47,010 nucleotides of DNA from an uncultured Clostridia bacterium (GCA_944390625.1 CALXRH010000063.1:1-47010), one strand, 5' to 3'; shown: positions 19,601-29,261, numbered from the stretch's first letter. Numbers and translations are program-made. Notes: a model not told the origin generated them from the letters alone.

Positions 19601-20953
19601 TGAAGAACAAGCTTCATTTAGCATAATACTATCAATTGCTCCATCTTTTAGGCGGATATATTTCATATCTTGTCCACCAATATCTACAATACTGGTTACA
19701 TCTGGTTCAAATTGTTTGGCAGCCGTATAGTGTGCAATGGTTTCAATTTCTCCAATATCAACATTTAAGGCGGTTTGAATTAGTTTTTCTCCGTAACCGG
19801 TTACACCACTAAATCTTAGTTTTGCTTCTTTTGGTAAAACTTTGTATAAAGCATCTAGCATTTTAATAACACTTTGAAGTGGATTTCCCTCATTACTTCC
19901 GTATAAGGAATATAAAAGGCTGCCCTCCTTATCAATTAACACGATTTTCGTTGTAGTAGAACCTGCATCGATTCCAAGAAAACAATCTCCTTTGAAGTTT
20001 TCAAGACCACGCTTTTTAACAGAAGCTTTACTATGTCTTTGTTTAAATTCTTCGTATTCTTTATAATTCTGAAATAAAGGTTCAATAGGCTCTGTTGTTG
20101 TATCTTGTGACATACGTAAATTTTCTATTTTTTGGGAAAGTTCTTGGTTCGTTATTGGGGTTTCTTCTAGGGAATCAAGAGCTGCTCCTTTTGCAACTAA
20201 AAGGTGGGCTTCCCTTGGGACAATAATTTCATCTTCCTTCAATTGCAATGTTTCAATAAATCGCTTTCTAAGTTCAGAAAGATAGGTCAATGGACCTCCT
20301 AAGAAAGCAACTTTTCCTCGAATTGGCCTACCACAAGCTAAACCAGAAATGGTTTGATTGACAACTGCTTGGAAAATGGAAGAGGCAATATCTTCTTTAG
20401 CGGCTCCTTCGTTAATTAAAGGTTGTATATCTGTTTTAGCAAAGACACCACATCTGGATGCGATGGGGTAAATGGTTTGATAATTTTTAGCTAAGTCATT
20501 TAGACCGGCTGTATCTGTATGTAAAAGTGATGCCATTTGGTCAATAAAAGCGCCAGTTCCTCCGGCACAAGTTCCATTCATTCTTTGTTCAATAGATTGA
20601 TCAAAATATATAATTTTGGCATCTTCTCCACCAAGCTCTATTACGACATCAGTTTCAGGAATATAACGTTCCACTGCCCTTTTGCAAGATACTACTTCTT
20701 GAATAAAGTTAACGCCTAAAAATTTAGCAGCAGACATTGCACCTGAACCCGTAAGGGCTAACGTAAATTTGCTATCTGGGAACATTTTATTTAATTCTTC
20801 TAGCATAGTACATACCGTATTTTTCGTATCCGAAAAATGTCTTCTATAATCTTTATATATGGTTTCTTTTTTGTTATTCCTTACAATTACTTTTACAGTT
20901 GTAGAGCCAACATCTAGTCCTACGTGTAATAAATTTTGCTCCATAAATTTCAC
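16625..20953 (-). CDS. Large acyl-CoA dehydratase activase-related fusion protein (two BadF/BadG/BcrA/BcrD-type ATPase domains plus dehydratase-subunit-like domains)
   Basis: 1442 aa. It has two repeats of the acetate/sugar-kinase-like motif (LHVGLDVGSTTVK and FLGIDAGSTTTK) and Cys-rich segments. This architecture is typical of CoA-substrate-specific enzyme activase fusions. Confidence 0.75.
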   Translation of the reverse strand: MKFMEQNLLHVGLDVGSTTVKVIVRNNKKETIYKDYRRHFSDTKNTVCTMLEELNKMFPDSKFTLALTGSGAMSAAKFLGVNFIQEVVSCKRAVERYIPETDVVIELGGEDAKIIYFDQSIEQRMNGTCAGGTGAFIDQMASLLHTDTAGLNDLAKNYQTIYPIASRCGVFAKTDIQPLINEGAAKEDIASSIFQAVVNQTISGLACGRPIRGKVAFLGGPLTYLSELRKRFIETLQLKEDEIIVPREAHLLVAKGAALDSLEETPITNQELSQKIENLRMSQDTTTEPIEPLFQNYKEYEEFKQRHSKASVKKRGLENFKGDCFLGIDAGSTTTKIVLIDKEGSLLYSLYGSNEGNPLQSVIKMLDALYKVLPKEAKLRFSGVTGYGEKLIQTALNVDIGEIETIAHYTAAKQFEPDVTSIVDIGGQDMKYIRLKDGAIDSIMLNEACSSGCGSFIETFAKSLNLEISEFVKQALESKRPVDLGSRCTVFMNSKIKQAQKEGYTVGDISSGLSYSVIKNALQKVMKIRDFNTLGEKIVVQGGTFYNDAVLRAFEKIVGKNAIRSDIAGLMGAYGMALIAKEQYETNLDMEYYSTLTKPEDLDKLDIKITHTRCNGCENHCKLTINTFSNGKRYISGNRCEKGAGIVSEHKNLPNLVKYKYERIFDYKPLEEQYATRGTIGIPRVLNMYEDYPFWFTFLTNLGFRVIISEKSTRKTYEKGMESMPSESVCYPAKLSHGHIESLLEQGIKTIFYPCMPFSRKEFEKADNKYNCPIVISYSEVLKNNVENLKKPGIKFINPFLPFDTPNLVKKMLELDEFKEYNFTKQELTDAAQKAETEYHKCKKDIQDKGMETVRYLKENNLKGIVLAGRPYHVDPEINHGIDTLITSLGLAVLTEDSISNQVDIKRPLRVVDQWMFHSRLYAAADFVGKHDNLELVQLNSFGCGVDAVTTDQVEEILKSYNKMYTLIKIDEVNNLGAVKIRIRSLLASMNKRNKEKQEGNYEIHKKIFTKEMRKDYTILIPMMIPIHFELLEPAVNSCGYHMELLRECTQHTVETGLKYVNNDACYPSILVTGQMIEALESGKYDVNKTALIMSQTGGGCRATNYIGFIRKALKDAGFEQVPVISLNVVGMEKMPGFKLTPKLIDKLIKAVLLGDLLQKMLHKNRAYEIHKGDTDKVFNSWMEKSKKLVASCTNKEFKQAIYDMVDDFEKIEVDMTKEKPRVGIVGEILIKYHPFGNNYVVDLLEKEGAEVVLPDFMGFIKFMATHRITFHSLLNSNKISSAVSKVALNLIDLVEKDTKIALAKSHKNYLPPCDIWHLEDKVKDILSIGNQTGEGWFLTAEMIEYIENDIPNIVCVQPFACLPNHVVGKGVIKTIRSKYPLANIAPVDYDPGASETNQANRIKLLMTVAKDNLKLKQNEKKAIDKENEVLTDNKVKLKQEN

Positions 20954-21070
20954 TCCTTTATGTCAATTTTTCTATTCTCAAATCCCTTTTATTCTATATG
21001 ATTTTGCGCTTATTGTCAAATGATATTTTTGGTATTTTTGTGGACGGAAGAAAACTTATAGATGATTAGC

Positions 21071-21114
21071 AAAAAAGACCAGGAAAAGTTTAACAGACTT
21101 CCTAGTCTTTTTTG
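21071..21114 (-). terminator. Intrinsic terminator downstream of the VanW-family gene
   Basis: Imperfect hairpin gaccaggaa...ttcctagtc flanked by A6 and T6 runs, so it is usable in both directions. Confidence 0.5.
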
Positions 21115-21118
21115 TGAA

Positions 21119-22670
21119 TTAGTGTACTTTATAAGTTGAATTTGCTATTTTTTCCGTATTGACAGTTTGACCATTTAATTTTAAAGTTCGATAGGTAGAT
21201 GCTTTAATATAAGAAGAGGTTCGGCTGGTTATATTAGCAGACACTTCTACTTCATATTCCGTTTCTTCTCTTACGCCCCAAATTTGAAATTGTGCAATTC
21301 CATTGGATACTGAACAGGTTATTTTTATTGCATAATTCCTGGAATTTTGAAATTTAAAGTCTTTTACACCATAAACGACGGTTGCATCACGCCCTGCCGT
21401 AACATAGGAAGGAACAAATTGATGATTGTATAGTTCCACAATTTCTAAATTGGCAAATAAAACAGCATTATATAAAGTTGTAGAAATCTGACAAATACCT
21501 CCTCCGAAGGCCATCTACCACTTGCCCATTTTCATAAATCGCAGCTTCTTTGTAGCCAGCAGCTATGGTTCTTTCTCCTACAACAGTATTATAAGAAAAG
21601 GTTTCCCCTGGAAGTAGAACATAACCATCTATTTTACCAGCTGAAAGTCGAAGATTGGTGGTTCGATTGGTATTGGAAGTAGCATATCTTGTTGAATAAG
21701 ATGCCAATAAATCTGGGAATGCTTCTTGACCAATCATGTTGGTTGTAACAGTTGGATATAATACTTTTAAAGGAATTTCACATTCTGTGTCAGCTGTTTG
21801 TAGTAATTCTTTGGCTTCATCTAGTGAAATATCAAAATCTATTCCGTTTTCAGATGGATATACTACATGAGGATCTGTTGTATAGTAGGCATCTTTTGCA
21901 TCTTTATGTACTTCATTATAAATGGCATCTAAGTCAATTTCTTTAGGAGATTGTGCAATGGTGTCTATTTCAATTACTTCATGAAAATAGCTTAAATCAG
22001 AAATTTTTTGTCTGATTTTTTCTATTGTCGAGTCTACATCTATTATATAGCCATCCTTACCTTTAGTTATAATTAAAGTATTTCCATCTATATAATATCC
22101 ACTTTCCACTACGGCATCAGGAAGTTCGGAAGAGAGATTGTTTAATATATTTTTTAAACTTTCTTCATCGAAACTTGCTGTTGGCATAATATCAATTCCG
22201 TTTATCATAGCATTAAATATTTGATAATTGTCTGCAAATATATTGCTACTTTTTCCAAATTGATAAGCATAATTTACGGCAGCTTCTACATCAAAAGATA
22301 AATTTATTTCAGATGCTTTAATATAAGTTGTATAATCATTATGAATTAAAGTGATATCATTTGAAAGTTTTTCTGAATAGTATGTAGTTAATTTATTTTT
22401 GGCTTCCTCTTTGGTAAGATTTGAAACATCGATACCATTGATGTAGATTCCTTTTGAAATGGTTTGATTGTTCTGGTAATTATAAAAAGTAAATATACCA
22501 AAGATAATGGCTAGAAAACATAAAAAAATTACTAAAAAAATACAAACTACCATAATCCAATGTTTGGAAGATTTTAGTGAAGTATCTTGTGCTGGTTTAA
22601 AGGTTGATGTAGTAGTATTTTCAGTAGTATTATCCTCCATAATTTCTACTTTTTCTTCTTCTATAATCAT
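21119..22670 (-). CDS. VanW-family (YoaR-like) protein with an N-terminal TM. It needs a +1 frame change at the in-frame CGG at complement(21504..21506).
   Basis: The track gives overlapping ORFs 21468..22706 and 21119..21514 in different frames. Joining ..NGQVVDGL|GGGICQISTTLYNA.. restores the conserved VanW GGGxCQxSxTLYN motif. The probable start is the ATG at 22670 (MIIEEEK), which has an upstream G-rich RBS. Confidence 0.75.
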
Positions 22671-22791
22671 TTTTTTACCCCTATTATATGATATGTTTGT
22701 GATCATAATTTTGTTACTTTTTTTATTTGCTATTATTATAGTACAATATTATTAAGGCTTTGTCAATGGATTTTTTAGGTTAAAATAGGTG

Positions 22792-23334
22792 TCAATGAGA
22801 TAAAGAATATTCTTCGTCAAATTCATCGCAAGAAGAATTATTTACTAATATTTTTATAGAGTTTACTTCATTTAATTGGGTCAAGGTATTTAATAGTGAG
22901 TTTATGATATTATATTTTTGATTTTCATCTTCATAATTTAATAAATGTTCTGAAAAATTTAATGTAACACAGCTATTTTGTAAAGTAGTATCTAAGATTT
23001 GTGTATTATCTGGAAAAACTTTTGTCAAGGTATCTGTTTGCGGACCGGCAAGTAATAATTCGATTAATGTTTTATATGGATTATCTAATAATGTAGCAGA
23101 ATCGATTCGTCTTGCTTCTTTTTCTAAATTATGATTTAAATCGATAAAATATAAAGTAACAATTGTTTCTCTCATTTGTTCAGAACTAATCTCTTCTTCT
23201 GGAATGTAATCATTGTAAATTGTGTTTTCTTCCGAAGTATTTTTGGTTTTAAAATTTTTTACAATAAAAAAAAGAGCAACTAAAATGATAATTAAAACCA
23301 AAATAAGTAAAAATAATATTTTTTTGTTTTTCAT
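22792..23334 (-). CDS. GerM-like (Germane domain) sporulation/germination protein, membrane anchored
   Basis: N-terminal TM. The pattern VTLYFID...LLDNPYKTLIELLLAGPQ...VTLNFS...LLNTLTQLNEVNSIKILVNN fits the GerM domain. Confidence 0.55.
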   Translation of the reverse strand: MKNKKILFLLILVLIIILVALFFIVKNFKTKNTSEENTIYNDYIPEEEISSEQMRETIVTLYFIDLNHNLEKEARRIDSATLLDNPYKTLIELLLAGPQTDTLTKVFPDNTQILDTTLQNSCVTLNFSEHLLNYEDENQKYNIINSLLNTLTQLNEVNSIKILVNNSSCDEFDEEYSLSH

Positions 23335-23399
23335 ATATAAAATGCCTCCTAAAATTTTTCTTTTGTAAATCCTATTTTTATGTTGTCCATTTTAGAACT

Positions 23400-23585
23400 T
23401 TATTTTAAAATTTTATATAATTTTATATAATTTGTAAATCGGTGAAGATTATTTAAAAAGCATTCGACTTCATTTAAAGAATTACAAGTATTATTTTTTA
23501 ATTTTTTAAAATCAATTTTTTTAGGATGATTTTTAGGTGGTGGGGCCTTGCGATTACCATTATTACTTAAAATTGAATTATTCAT
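23400..23585 (-). CDS. Small basic hypothetical protein (61 aa)
   Basis: A good RBS AAGGAG sits 8 nt upstream of the ATG. I recognise no homology. Confidence 0.3.
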   Translation of the reverse strand: MNNSILSNNGNRKAPPPKNHPKKIDFKKLKNNTCNSLNEVECFLNNLHRFTNYIKLYKILK

Positions 23586-23643
23586 TGAAAAAACTCCTTT
23601 TTTATAGTATAATATGAAAGAGTTTTTTGAATGGTGAGATAAA

Positions 23644-24387
23644 ATGGATATTATTTTAAAAGAAAATGAAAGAATAGATGATTTAGAATTTAAAAATTTA
23701 AAAATAATTCAAAATAAAAATGGTTTTTGTTTTGGAATGGATAGTGTCCTTCTAACAGATTTTGCAAAAACAATAAAACCAAATTCGAAAGTAATCGATT
23801 TAGGGACAGGAACAGGAATTATTTCAATTTTATTGTCGGCAAAAACGAAGGATACAAGTTTTGTAGGGGTGGAAATACAAGAGGAAGTGGCTGATATGGC
23901 GCATAGAAGTATAAAATTAAATTGCCTAGAAAATAGAATAAAAATTTTAAACCAAAATATTGTAGACTTAAAAGAAAAATATAAAAAGGGAAGTTTTGAT
24001 GTAGTTATAACAAATCCACCTTATAAAAAAATAAATACAGGAGTTATTAATGTAAATGATAATAAATTGATAGCAAGACATGAAGTAGCAGCATCACTAG
24101 AAGATTTTATAGAAATGGCATCTTTTTTATTAAAAGATTTTGGTGAATTTTATATGGTACATAGACCAGATAGATTAGTCGATATTTTTTATATTATGAG
24201 ACAAAAAAACATAGAACCTAAAAAAATAAAATTTGTTTATCCAAATAAAAATAAAAAAACAAATTTAATTTTAATAAAAGGAATAAAAAATGGAAAACCA
24301 TTTTTAGAATATGAAAATAATTTATATATTTATCAAGATAATATGAATTATACAGATGATATTTTAAAAATATATAATAAAAATTAG
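23644..24387 (+). CDS. SAM-dependent N6-adenine methyltransferase, YabB/TrmN6 (YfiC)-like
   Basis: SAM motif VIDLGTGTGI and catalytic VITNPPY. Synteny with rsmI and abrB as in B. subtilis yabB-yabC-abrB. Confidence 0.75.
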   Translation: MDIILKENERIDDLEFKNLKIIQNKNGFCFGMDSVLLTDFAKTIKPNSKVIDLGTGTGIISILLSAKTKDTSFVGVEIQEEVADMAHRSIKLNCLENRIKILNQNIVDLKEKYKKGSFDVVITNPPYKKINTGVINVNDNKLIARHEVAASLEDFIEMASFLLKDFGEFYMVHRPDRLVDIFYIMRQKNIEPKKIKFVYPNKNKKTNLILIKGIKNGKPFLEYENNLYIYQDNMNYTDDILKIYNKN

Positions 24388-24492
24388 AAAAAAATTCATA
24401 AAAAAAGATAAAAAAAGATAAAAATATATAAATCGATTAATTTGATTTTATTTGAATTTATATAATTTTATTTAAATAAATTTGGAGGAAAA

Positions 24493-25314
24493 ATGAAAGG
24501 GAAATTATATTTAGTAGCAACGCCAATTGGAAATTTAGAAGATATAACTTTTAGAGCTATAAAAATTTTAAAAGAAGTAGATTTTATTGCAGCAGAAGAT
24601 ACTAGAAATACTTTAAAATTATTAAATCATTTTCAAATAAAAAACACATTAATTAGTAATCACAGGCATAATGAAGAAGAAAGAGAAAGTTTTTTAATTC
24701 ATAAATTAAAAGAAGGAAAAAATATTGCTATTGTTTCAGATGCTGGAACACCAGGAATTTCAGACCCAGGAGAATTCATTGTAAAAAAGGCAATTGAAGA
24801 GAATATTGAAGTAATTCCAATTCCTGGAGCTTGTGCTGCGATTAATGCTTTAATTGCATCAGGTTTAGATACAAAAGAATTTGTTTTTTTGGGTTTTTTA
24901 CCTATGCATAAAAAATTAAGAAAAGAAAAATTAGAAGAAATAAAAAATGAAAACAAAACAATTATTATTTATGAAGCACCTCACAAAATGAAAGAAACGT
25001 TAAAAGATTTAAAAGAATTGATAAAAAATAGAAAAATAGTTTTGGCGCGAGAACTTACGAAAATCAATGAAAAATTAATTAGAGGAAATATAGAGGAATT
25101 AATACAAAAGTGTGATAAATTAAAGGGTGAGATGATTTTATTAATTGAAGGGAATCAAGAAAAAAATACCGAAAATATTTTAAATAATTTAAGTTTAGAA
25201 GAACATTATAAGTTATATGAAAAACAAGGATTTGATAAAAAAGAAATTATAAAAAAAATAGCAAAAGCTAGAGGAGTTAATAAAAATGAAATTTATCAAT
25301 ATTTTATAAAATAA
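24493..25314 (+). CDS. rsmI: 16S rRNA (cytidine1402-2'-O)-methyltransferase RsmI
   Basis: LYLVATPIGNLEDITFRAI..AAEDTR and SDAGTPGISDPG motifs of the tetrapyrrole-methylase-fold RsmI family. Confidence 0.85.
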   Translation: MKGKLYLVATPIGNLEDITFRAIKILKEVDFIAAEDTRNTLKLLNHFQIKNTLISNHRHNEEERESFLIHKLKEGKNIAIVSDAGTPGISDPGEFIVKKAIEENIEVIPIPGACAAINALIASGLDTKEFVFLGFLPMHKKLRKEKLEEIKNENKTIIIYEAPHKMKETLKDLKELIKNRKIVLARELTKINEKLIRGNIEELIQKCDKLKGEMILLIEGNQEKNTENILNNLSLEEHYKLYEKQGFDKKEIIKKIAKARGVNKNEIYQYFIK

Positions 25315-25317
25315 ATA

Positions 25318-25357
25318 AAAAAGTGGTTTCATCATTTAATTGAAAAAACCACTTTTT
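25318..25357. terminator. Bidirectional intrinsic terminator between rsmI and abrB
   Basis: Stem aaaaagtggttt / aaaccacttttt with flanking A and T runs. Confidence 0.65.
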
Positions 25358-25378
25358 ATAAAATAAAAATATTATTTT

Positions 25379-25645
25379 TTATAATTTTTTATTTTCCTCA
25401 AAATTTAATTCAGATATTTTTGACAAACATTTTTTACAAATTAATTTTTCTTTGTAGGTAGTTAAATCTCTGGAATTATTGCAAAAAATACAACCTGATT
25501 CAAATTTTTTTAGGATAATTGCATTTCCATCTATAAATATTTCAATAGGGTCTTTTTGTTCTATTTCTAGTTTATTTCTTATTTCTTTTGGAATGACAAC
25601 TCTACCTAATTCATCTAATTTTCTTACTATACCTGTTGATTTCAT
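25379..25645 (-). CDS. abrB: AbrB-family transition-state regulator with a C-terminal CxxC...CxxC segment
   Basis: MKSTGIVRKLDELGRVVIPKEIRNKL is the SpoVT/AbrB swapped-hairpin N-domain. 88 aa. The C-terminus has CIFCN...CKKC. Confidence 0.85.
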   Translation of the reverse strand: MKSTGIVRKLDELGRVVIPKEIRNKLEIEQKDPIEIFIDGNAIILKKFESGCIFCNNSRDLTTYKEKLICKKCLSKISELNFEENKKL

Positions 25646-25656
25646 AATGATTCCTT

Positions 25657-25690
25657 GTATACTATAATTAAAAATAATTTTATAGTATAC
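25657..25690. repeat. Perfect 11-bp inverted repeat (GTATACTATAA n12 TTATAGTATAC) immediately upstream of the abrB RBS
   Basis: Arms at 25657-25667 and 25680-25690, lying 12-45 nt upstream of the abrB ATG (25645). Confidence 0.6.
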
Positions 25691-25959
25691 TTACCTTTCT
25701 CCATTAATTATTTTATTTTTTAATTTTGGTTTAATGGTACCGTTATTTTATTTTAAATAATATGTTATGAATTAAATTTATTTCATTTGTATTTTTAAAT
25801 ATTGGAAGTTAATTTGTTATATTAAATTACAACTAATATACTACCATATTTTTTAATTTTGGTCAATAAGTTTTGCTAAAATTTTCCAAAAAACATATAA
25901 AAACGACAATGAAAATGTTACAATGTCAAAGTTTGTCGATTTTTGTCAAAAAGTTTTTC

Positions 25960-25988
25960 TTGACAAATTATGTAAAATGAGTTATGAT
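25960..25988 (+). promoter_or_regulatory. Near-consensus sigma-A promoter (TTGACA, 17 nt, TATGAT)
   Basis: TTGACA at 25960-25965 and TATGAT at 25983-25988, upstream of the small ORF at 26025. Confidence 0.5.
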
Positions 25989-26024
25989 TAAAACAAGTAA
26001 AAATTAAATCAAAGGAAATTTTTT

Positions 26025-26135
26025 ATGATTTTTATCATTCTTAGGATAGTATTATTTTTATTAATTTTTATTTTTATAAGAAATTTAATCATCAAATTAT
26101 TTTCAAAAAAATTAATGAAAGAAATCCAAAAATAA
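26025..26135 (+). CDS. Possible 36-aa hydrophobic peptide with a Lys-rich tail
   Basis: MIFIILRIVLFLLIFIFIRNLIIKLFSKKLMKEIQK. It has a weak RBS (aaagga) and the consensus promoter upstream. It is below the ORF-track length cutoff. Confidence 0.3.
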   Translation: MIFIILRIVLFLLIFIFIRNLIIKLFSKKLMKEIQK

Positions 26136-26309
26136 AGATTTTAATTTTGTAGAGAAAATAGAATAAAGTTAACCTAATATTTAGCCCCTTAATAAATATT
26201 AAATATTGCCAAGAAAATGTTATTTATACCATTATGATATTCTCAGTTTAATAATTTTTCTATTTCATTTTAAATTCTATTTTATTTTCTCTACATTCCT
26301 ATAAATTAA

Positions 26310-27099
26310 TTAAATATGTATTAGTTTGCCAGGATAATCTCTATTAGCAATAGAAAGATTAAAATTATCTAAATTTGTACCATTAGAGATTAATTCATCT
26401 ATAACTGTTTGGTAAGCAAGTTCAGGGAAATTGCTTTCTTTACTTAAGTGACCTAAAATAGCATTTTTTAATCCGGATTTTATTAAATAGTTTATGGTTT
26501 GTCCGGCATCTTGATTTGACAAATGCCCTGTAGGCCCTGCAATACGGTTTTTCAATTTAAATGGATATTTGGTGTATTTTAATACTTCTGGGTCATAATT
26601 GGCTTCTAAAAGTATAAATTCACTACCATCGATATGTTTTACAATATCAGTTGTGATATGACCGATATCTGTTGCAATACTAATTTTTTTATTGTCAGAA
26701 AATAAAGTATATCCGCAAGGATTAGCAGCATCATGGGGAATAGAAAATGGTAAAATTTCGATATCCCCAATAGAGAATTTTTGATCAATATGAATGCTTT
26801 TTTTATTGCTATCTGCTATTTTTTCACTTTGTTTAGGCATAGCATCAAAAGTCTGCGAAGTTGCAAAGACCGGTATATTAAATTTTTTAGATAAATTCCC
26901 AAGACTTTGAATATGGTCTGTATGTTCATGTGTTACAATAACACCATCTAAATTAGATGCTGAAATGTTGAAATCTCCGCAAAGCTTTTTCTATTTTTTT
27001 TAGACTAACGCCAGCGTCAATTAATAATTTTGTGTTTTCTGTTTCTACGAATAAACAATTTCCACTACTTCCGCTATATAAACTACAAAAATTTAACAT
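26310..27099 (-). CDS. MBL-fold metallo-hydrolase (YycJ/WalJ-like). It needs a +1 frame change at the in-frame CGG at complement(26977..26979).
   Basis: The ATG at 27099 follows RBS GAGGAA just after the murA stop. The first 40 codons (MLNFCSLYSGSSGNCLFVETENTKLLIDAGVSLKKIEKAL) end at CGG, and the zero frame stops 8 codons later. The +1 frame reads GDFNISASNLDGVIVTHEHTDHIQ (HxHxDH motif) and runs into track ORF 26310..26840. Confidence 0.75.
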
Positions 27100-27111
27100 A
27101 TGTATTTCCTC

Positions 27112-28374
27112 TTAATTTTCTTCTACTCGTTTTATTTTGGCACCAAGGTCACGAAATTTTTGTTCAATATTTTCATAACCTCGATCAATATATTCTAAGT
27201 TATAAACCTCTGTTATTCCTTTTGCAATAATGCCGGCAACAATAAGAGCAGCACCAGCACGTAAGTCTGAAGCATAAACAGGTGCTCCTTTTAATTCTTT
27301 TACTCCTTCAAAGAAAGCCGTTTTTCCCTGAGAGGTTATTTTGGCTCCCATTTTATTAAGCTCTTCTGTATATTGAAAACGTGATTCCCAAATACTTTCA
27401 TTGATAATACTAGTACCATCTGCTACGGATAAAAGCACTCCCATTTGAGATTGCATATCAGTAGGAAATCCTGGATAGGGAAGAGTTTTTATGGTTGCTT
27501 TGGAAGGCCTTTTATTACAATAAACACGCATGGAATCGCCATAATCTTCAACAATTCCACCAACTTCACATATTTTTGCCGTGATGGCTTCTAAATGTTT
27601 TGTGATACAATTTTTTAAAGTAATATCACCTTTGGATGCAACTGCGGCAACCATAAAGGTACCAGCCTCAATTTGATCTGGAACAACAGAATAGGTTGCA
27701 TTTCCCAAAAGCTCTTTTACGCCTGTTATTTTTATGGTATCGGTTCCTGCCCCTTTTATATTAGCCCCCATGGTATTTAAAAAGTTTGCTACATCAACAA
27801 TGTGTGGTTCTTTTGCGGCATTATCGATGATGGTAATACCGTCGGCTAAAACACTTGCGAGCATAACATTAATGGTTGCTCCAACAGAAGAAATATCCAT
27901 ATAAATAGATGTTCCTTTTAATTTTTTTGCTTTTGCTGCAATTTTGCCTTGTCCAATTTCTACGGTTGCTCCTAAAGCTTCAAAACCCTTTACATGCTGG
28001 TCAATTGGTCTTGCTCCCAATTTGCAACCACCAGGCATTCCTACGGTTGCTGAACCTTTTCTACTTAATAAACTTCCTAAAAGATAATAGGAAGCTCTAA
28101 ATTTACTGGTTAAATCTAGAGGTGCTATGGTGGTTGTGATATTTCTTGTATCTATGGTTATTTCATTTTTTGTTTTTTTTTGTATTTTTGCACCGAGTGC
28201 TTCTAGTATTTCACAATATATTTTTACATCACTGATATCTGGTAAATTATTGATTGTACAAGTTCCATTAATTAACAAAGCCGCAGGTAAAATAGCTACA
28301 GCTGCATTTTTTGCACCACTTATTGTTACTTCTCCTTTTAAAGGAGTTCCTCCTGCTATTACTAATTTTTCCAA
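27112..28374 (-). CDS. murA: UDP-N-acetylglucosamine 1-carboxyvinyltransferase
   Basis: Full-length MurA with GEVTISGAKNAA and active-site loop MPGGCKLGARPIDQH. Confidence 0.95.
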   Translation of the reverse strand: MEKLVIAGGTPLKGEVTISGAKNAAVAILPAALLINGTCTINNLPDISDVKIYCEILEALGAKIQKKTKNEITIDTRNITTTIAPLDLTSKFRASYYLLGSLLSRKGSATVGMPGGCKLGARPIDQHVKGFEALGATVEIGQGKIAAKAKKLKGTSIYMDISSVGATINVMLASVLADGITIIDNAAKEPHIVDVANFLNTMGANIKGAGTDTIKITGVKELLGNATYSVVPDQIEAGTFMVAAVASKGDITLKNCITKHLEAITAKICEVGGIVEDYGDSMRVYCNKRPSKATIKTLPYPGFPTDMQSQMGVLLSVADGTSIINESIWESRFQYTEELNKMGAKITSQGKTAFFEGVKELKGAPVYASDLRAGAALIVAGIIAKGITEVYNLEYIDRGYENIEQKFRDLGAKIKRVEEN

Positions 28375-28471
28375 TTAAATACCCCCAAAATTATATGTTT
28401 TTTACGATTTATTTTCACTTAAGTACTATAACATAAAGTTTTTATTTTTACAACTATTTTTAAAAATATTT

Positions 28472-29140
28472 TTATTGATTTTTAGCAGTGAGTAAATTAT
28501 TTTTGGTAAAAAATTCAATTAATTTAAATTTGAATTGGATAGAGGGAGTTTGATGATCTGATATAATTTGATATTCTTCCTCTGTTAGACTTTCTTGCAA
28601 CTCTTCCTTGGATTCATCTGGCACAATACCAGAGGTAACATTAACAAAGCAAAGAGATGGATAAAGTACACACCACCAATTTTGACCTTGACTTTCACCG
28701 ATTTCAACTTTTAATGCATCATAATAACCTGCTGGAAATGAGATGTCTGCATAAACTTTGGTTGGAAATTCAAAGATGCCTAATTCAACACTAGCATCAT
28801 AAGAATAACCATTGTCTTTTATCGTTTGATTAGCGATATTTGCAAAGTCAGAAAGGTGAGCAGAGACAATTTCAATGGTTTCTTCTTTTGATGTGGAATG
28901 ATTACAGATAGAATTCATATATTGAATCAGATTGTCTCTTACTGTATATTTTAAATTTTGATCTTCTTCTGAATCACTATTAGCTATAATATGAAGTCTA
29001 AACACACTTTCCTGTAAGTCATAGGAAACTTGATTTACATAGCAATAAGCATTTATAAAAATATATAAAGTAAGTAAAAAAGTTAGCAAAATTATTATTT
29101 TAAATTTACGATTGTGTATTAACTGAAAAATGTTTTTCAT
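28472..29140 (-). CDS. spoIIR: Stage II sporulation protein R
   Basis: N-terminal TM plus FRLHIIANSDSEEDQNLKYTVRDNL and WWCVLYPSLCF blocks, characteristic of SpoIIR. Confidence 0.8.
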   Translation of the reverse strand: MKNIFQLIHNRKFKIIILLTFLLTLYIFINAYCYVNQVSYDLQESVFRLHIIANSDSEEDQNLKYTVRDNLIQYMNSICNHSTSKEETIEIVSAHLSDFANIANQTIKDNGYSYDASVELGIFEFPTKVYADISFPAGYYDALKVEIGESQGQNWWCVLYPSLCFVNVTSGIVPDESKEELQESLTEEEYQIISDHQTPSIQFKFKLIEFFTKNNLLTAKNQ

Positions 29141-29261
29141 AAGAATTCCTCCAATTACAATTTATTCATTGTAATTATTTGCAAAAAGTAATAAAAATAT
29201 ACATTTTAGTTATATTTTTTAACTTGTCGAAAAAAGTCAATGAAAAATATTTGAAATATGA

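Noticed and set aside
26149-26294. Imperfect inverted repeat (gtagagaaaat..agaat) flanking about 110 bp, considered as a MITE or structured RNA
   Set aside because: The arms are short and interrupted by a 5-nt insertion. No target-site duplication or second copy is visible in the window. It is kept only as a note within the abrB-upstream finding.
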